From: Cyanophora paradoxa CCMP329
Lineage: Eukaryota; Plantae; Glaucophyta
Assembly: GCA_004431415.1 (NCBI GenBank)
Contig: QPMI01000602.1
Location: 1-64,000 of the forward strand
Direction: 5' to 3'
Length of the DNA: 64,000 nucleotides
Below, piece after piece: positions 60,998 to 64,000 of the stretch. A program made the translations under genes and the position numbers. The notes under the pieces were generated by a model. The model did no database searches, was not told where the DNA came from, and saw only the letters and a list, made by a program, of their open reading frames with translations. Within the stretch, counting starts at the first letter, position 1, and every line of letters begins with the position of its first letter.

Positions 60998-61852
60998 TTA
61001 AGGTGTTGGATCGTCTATAACATCTGGCTCCTGGTAAAATCCGGTTGTAAAAATATCAGCAATATTCACACCACGAAGTGCTGAAACAGCAGCTATATCT
61101 GTTCTCAGTCCAATTATCATAGTATTGTAAACTCCAACCTCAGTTACAAACAAATCATAGGTAAATGTCAAATTGTTATAAACACAATATCCTCGACCGA
61201 AATGGTTGGATGCTTGAACAAAGAATAGGTAATTGTGACCTTGTTGGTTATTATTTGCTCTGCACATTGAGAGCATTGCTGTGGGAAGAGGAATATTCCT
61301 TCTCACTCGATCAGTTCCTGTAATGGAAACCAATTCTGAATTTTCAAGAGTGACAGATGATGCAACATAGAAATGCAGAAAAGGTTGCTGTGCAACTGGG
61401 GTATAGAACCGAATTCGTTGTGGGTTCTCCACATTTTGTTCAAGAGTATCTGGGACATCATTGTATGCAATTGATGAAGAGAGTTGACCTGAGACTCTGC
61501 AACCACCACCAATAAATGCTCCTCCTGATCTCACAGTTACAGCAGCAGTGTTTTTATCATAATCAAGGGCTTTCAGATCAACACTGTAAGCATCTGGACC
61601 TCCATTTGTAGGTTGGAAGAAGTTTGCATTTGTGACAAGAAGTCGAGTTGTTTTCACCACACCTGAATTCTTATCAGCTCTCAGCTCTTTAACTCGAATA
61701 ATCGAATTTTTGTCAAAAGAGTTTCCATTGGAATTGGGTCTCTCTGTGGATTCTAAACCTCGAACCTCATCATTTACTTCATGCTGGCGAAAGTGAGTAG
61801 CAGGTGATCCAAGGGAATAGATAGGTAGCTGAACCCGATTATATTCGCCCAT
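60998..61852 (-). CDS. virus fibre/spike-like protein, paralog 1 (284 aa)
   Basis: Shares SL..PATH..QH...D.V.GLESTE and ELR.DKN.GVVKTT.LLVTNANF with its neighbour. AVTVRSGGAFIGGGCRVSG; FFVQASNHFGRGY..GVYNTMIIGLRTD. Confidence 0.7.
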   Translation of the reverse strand: MGEYNRVQLPIYSLGSPATHFRQHEVNDEVRGLESTERPNSNGNSFDKNSIIRVKELRADKNSGVVKTTRLLVTNANFFQPTNGGPDAYSVDLKALDYDKNTAAVTVRSGGAFIGGGCRVSGQLSSSIAYNDVPDTLEQNVENPQRIRFYTPVAQQPFLHFYVASSVTLENSELVSITGTDRVRRNIPLPTAMLSMCRANNNQQGHNYLFFVQASNHFGRGYCVYNNLTFTYDLFVTEVGVYNTMIIGLRTDIAAVSALRGVNIADIFTTGFYQEPDVIDDPTP

Positions 61853-62002
61853 TGCTTGTTTTACTAAGAAGGAAAGTGAAAAAAGTCGGCAGACATCAAG
61901 CCAAAGTGATTAGATTCGCATCTCGCCCGTGCCCAGCGATCGCTTTCGTCCCTTCACTGCTCTTGTTGCTCATCCATCTCCTGCGCAGTGTGTACAATCC
62001 TC

Positions 62003-63787
62003 ATGCCTCCCAGGCGTGCCCCCGCGCCCCAGGCGCCTGATGGCGCACCTTCTGCGGACGTGATTGTGACCGATTACTTTGATGAGCTTGATGATGAGAA
62101 TGCGGATGAGACTTCGGATCTTCCTCGTCGCGGCCCCCGCAAGCCTGCAGTTCCTGCACTTAAGCTGCTTGAGAAACCTTCTTTGAATTCCTGGCCCATC
62201 TTCATCTCAGCCCCAGTTTCTCAGAAGTATGGCACTTTCATTGTGTGGCCTGGTAGCCGTCAGGCGCTGACCGAAGCTCTCTCATCTTTTGCTGAGGCGA
62301 ATGCCATTTTCTCTGGTGTCAATACCTCTTGGTCTTTGGACCCCGTCTGGGGGGAAACTGCAGACATCCGCAAGATCTCTGCTTCTGATCGTGATGTTTT
62401 CCTTAAGGGCCGTGCTAAATCGCTTGAAAGTCTTTTCTCTAAGCAGCGTGCTTTTTCTGGCAGTAGCCTATATGTCGATCGTTTGCTGCCCCAGCAATCC
62501 AAATCTTTTGTGCATTCCCAGACCCGTGAGGTCTTTCCGAATAATATTCGGCAGTGTGATGCTCATCGCTTCAAATTGTATCCTTCCTTATCTCTTGGTG
62601 CTTTTGGATCCTACTTTCACATGCACCGCTCGATGATCTCCCTTCTTGATCTTCTTCCTGAGAATCATGTAGTTCGTCAGCGAATTAGTCAGGATCATCT
62701 CCGGTCTCCTACTACTCGTGCTCTTGATCACCTTCAGGCTGCTTCTGTTGTTATGGTGCACCCTCCTTCTGGTGATTCTCCTCCTACCAGCTTTCTGTAT
62801 GAATTCGGGTATCAGTCACCCACACCCCATATGCTTGAGATTGATGAGGCTCTTCGTAATATAGCACAGTTTTCTAATGAAGAATTTCTCGATGAGCTTG
62901 TGGCCTTTGAGGCAGCCCTTCGATCTGAGGACAACCTTTATCTTTCCTCCAAATATGCCACCTTTCCTCATTGGCTTTCAGATAAGGGTGTCACTGTGCG
63001 CTCCTCCCTTCTCGGGGATGGGGACTTCCCACGCCTTCTCGCAGTGGCTTTCCACCTGCCGGTCACATCCTGTTCTCCGACCATCTCTGAGTCTGCGGCT
63101 AGCTCCTCGTATACTACTTTTTGCCGGCCAAATTTCCAGCCTTGGTCTACTGTGTCTACTTCCTCTTTCCACTGCCGTTTCTCTTTGCTTGTAGAGGTCC
63201 CTGTCACTCATCCTCTTCACTTGGCCTCTCGTGGGCAGTATGACAAGCTGAAATCTTCTTCCGGTCTTCCTACTAAGATTCAGTCCATAGGCTTGCAAGG
63301 CCTTCATGGTGTTAGTCGGTTTCATGTCAACTCTCCTCGTCCTGAGTTTGCTAGTGTCCCCTACTGGGCTTCTGTCGCAGATCCCACCCGCTCCTCCAAC
63401 ATGAATTATTTTTCTGCGAATACTGCAGCCAATTGCGGCCTCCCTGCAGTCCAGGAGTGTACAGATCATACCCACCCTATTCGTACTGCGTATTATACCA
63501 TTCGGGCTCTTTCTGATTCTCGCATTTTGTATCACTTCCACCGTGATCCTACTTTCTACTTTTTGCCCGCTACTGTCTCCGACACTATTAAGTCTTTCCA
63601 CATTAAGCAGAAGGGTCAGCATGTTGCAGATATCATTACTCGTGAGGCTCGTGCGGCTCGTCAGTCTGCTAGCGCTGCAGCTTCGTCTTCTCGTGCCCAT
63701 CGTTCTCCTTCTCCTCCTCCTAAGCGTGGCCGCTCTTCTGGAGGGAGCCATGGCTCTGGAGATGATATGGATGAGGCTGTTTTGTAA
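62003..63787 (+). CDS. 594-aa hypothetical protein of the element (possibly ORF1/Gag-like)
   Basis: Long intronless ORF from ATG 62003 with T-ending codons unlike the host. Acidic N-terminus; C-terminal RSPSPPPKRGR..DDMDE. No catalytic motif recognised. Confidence 0.7.
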   Translation: MPPRRAPAPQAPDGAPSADVIVTDYFDELDDENADETSDLPRRGPRKPAVPALKLLEKPSLNSWPIFISAPVSQKYGTFIVWPGSRQALTEALSSFAEANAIFSGVNTSWSLDPVWGETADIRKISASDRDVFLKGRAKSLESLFSKQRAFSGSSLYVDRLLPQQSKSFVHSQTREVFPNNIRQCDAHRFKLYPSLSLGAFGSYFHMHRSMISLLDLLPENHVVRQRISQDHLRSPTTRALDHLQAASVVMVHPPSGDSPPTSFLYEFGYQSPTPHMLEIDEALRNIAQFSNEEFLDELVAFEAALRSEDNLYLSSKYATFPHWLSDKGVTVRSSLLGDGDFPRLLAVAFHLPVTSCSPTISESAASSSYTTFCRPNFQPWSTVSTSSFHCRFSLLVEVPVTHPLHLASRGQYDKLKSSSGLPTKIQSIGLQGLHGVSRFHVNSPRPEFASVPYWASVADPTRSSNMNYFSANTAANCGLPAVQECTDHTHPIRTAYYTIRALSDSRILYHFHRDPTFYFLPATVSDTIKSFHIKQKGQHVADIITREARAARQSASAAASSSRAHRSPSPPPKRGRSSGGSHGSGDDMDEAVL

Positions 63788-64000
63788 TTTGATTGCATTT
63801 GCTCCTGCTTCTGCCTTTGTTTTGTGGGTTGCCACCCTCAATACCCCGGGCGGCTCGATAGGGAGCGGGTCGTTCCGGGATTCGGGGTATTCCATGGTGG
63901 GGGCCCTGTGGGTCTCTGCATGGTTTCTTTCCTTCTGCTTTTTCGGTGCAGGGGCCCGGCCCCTGTCCCTTGCGGTGCGTACGCACACCACTACCTGTGC

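Larger units (their letters stand above)
59308..64000. mobile_element. foreign intronless element (endogenous virus-like or retroelement-like); left end only
   Basis: Abrupt drop in GC in mid-exon, loss of introns, subterminal repeats and tightly packed ORFs. No integrase, RT or capsid gene is visible within the window. Confidence 0.75.

Noticed and set aside
62978-63991. 337-aa antisense ORF in the element
   Set aside because: Probably a shadow of the plus-strand ORF; non-ATG start and no recognisable motifs.

Overview
This is a eukaryotic, very GC-rich nuclear window dense in short (~50-80 nt) introns, so the six-frame ORF track is mostly noise. The gene content fits a flagellated alga with a phycobilisome-bearing primary plastid, most likely a glaucophyte (inference). 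The supporting genes are a nuclear CpcT-type bilin lyase and LeuD, both with early-Phe transit peptides, plus a ciliary microtubule-inner-protein-like gene. Genes read by eye are: a CHASE-domain protein (3' end), a large TmcB/TmcC-like membrane protein, a full CAD fusion (GATase-CPS-DHO-ATC), a CBM20 protein, LeuD, an SPMIP11/TEX49-like protein, an NHL-repeat protein, a PUB protein, anoctamin, CpcT, an FAD oxidoreductase, an unknown helical protein, an internally deleted CNBD channel, a SCAMP-like protein, a SAM-type mitochondrial carrier and a second TmcB-like gene. Two things stand out. (1) Four expanded CAD introns carry nine snoRNA-like units in three families (2 C/D, 3 C/D, 4 H/ACA), with antisense elements matching conserved rRNA sites. 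(2) At ~59308 the second TmcB-like gene is cut by an intronless, lower-GC foreign element. It carries terminal repeats, two tandem paralogous virus-fibre-like ORFs, a divergent 594-aa ORF and a structured-RNA segment, and it runs off the window end. Gene ends are approximate and all homology calls are by motif recognition, not database search.
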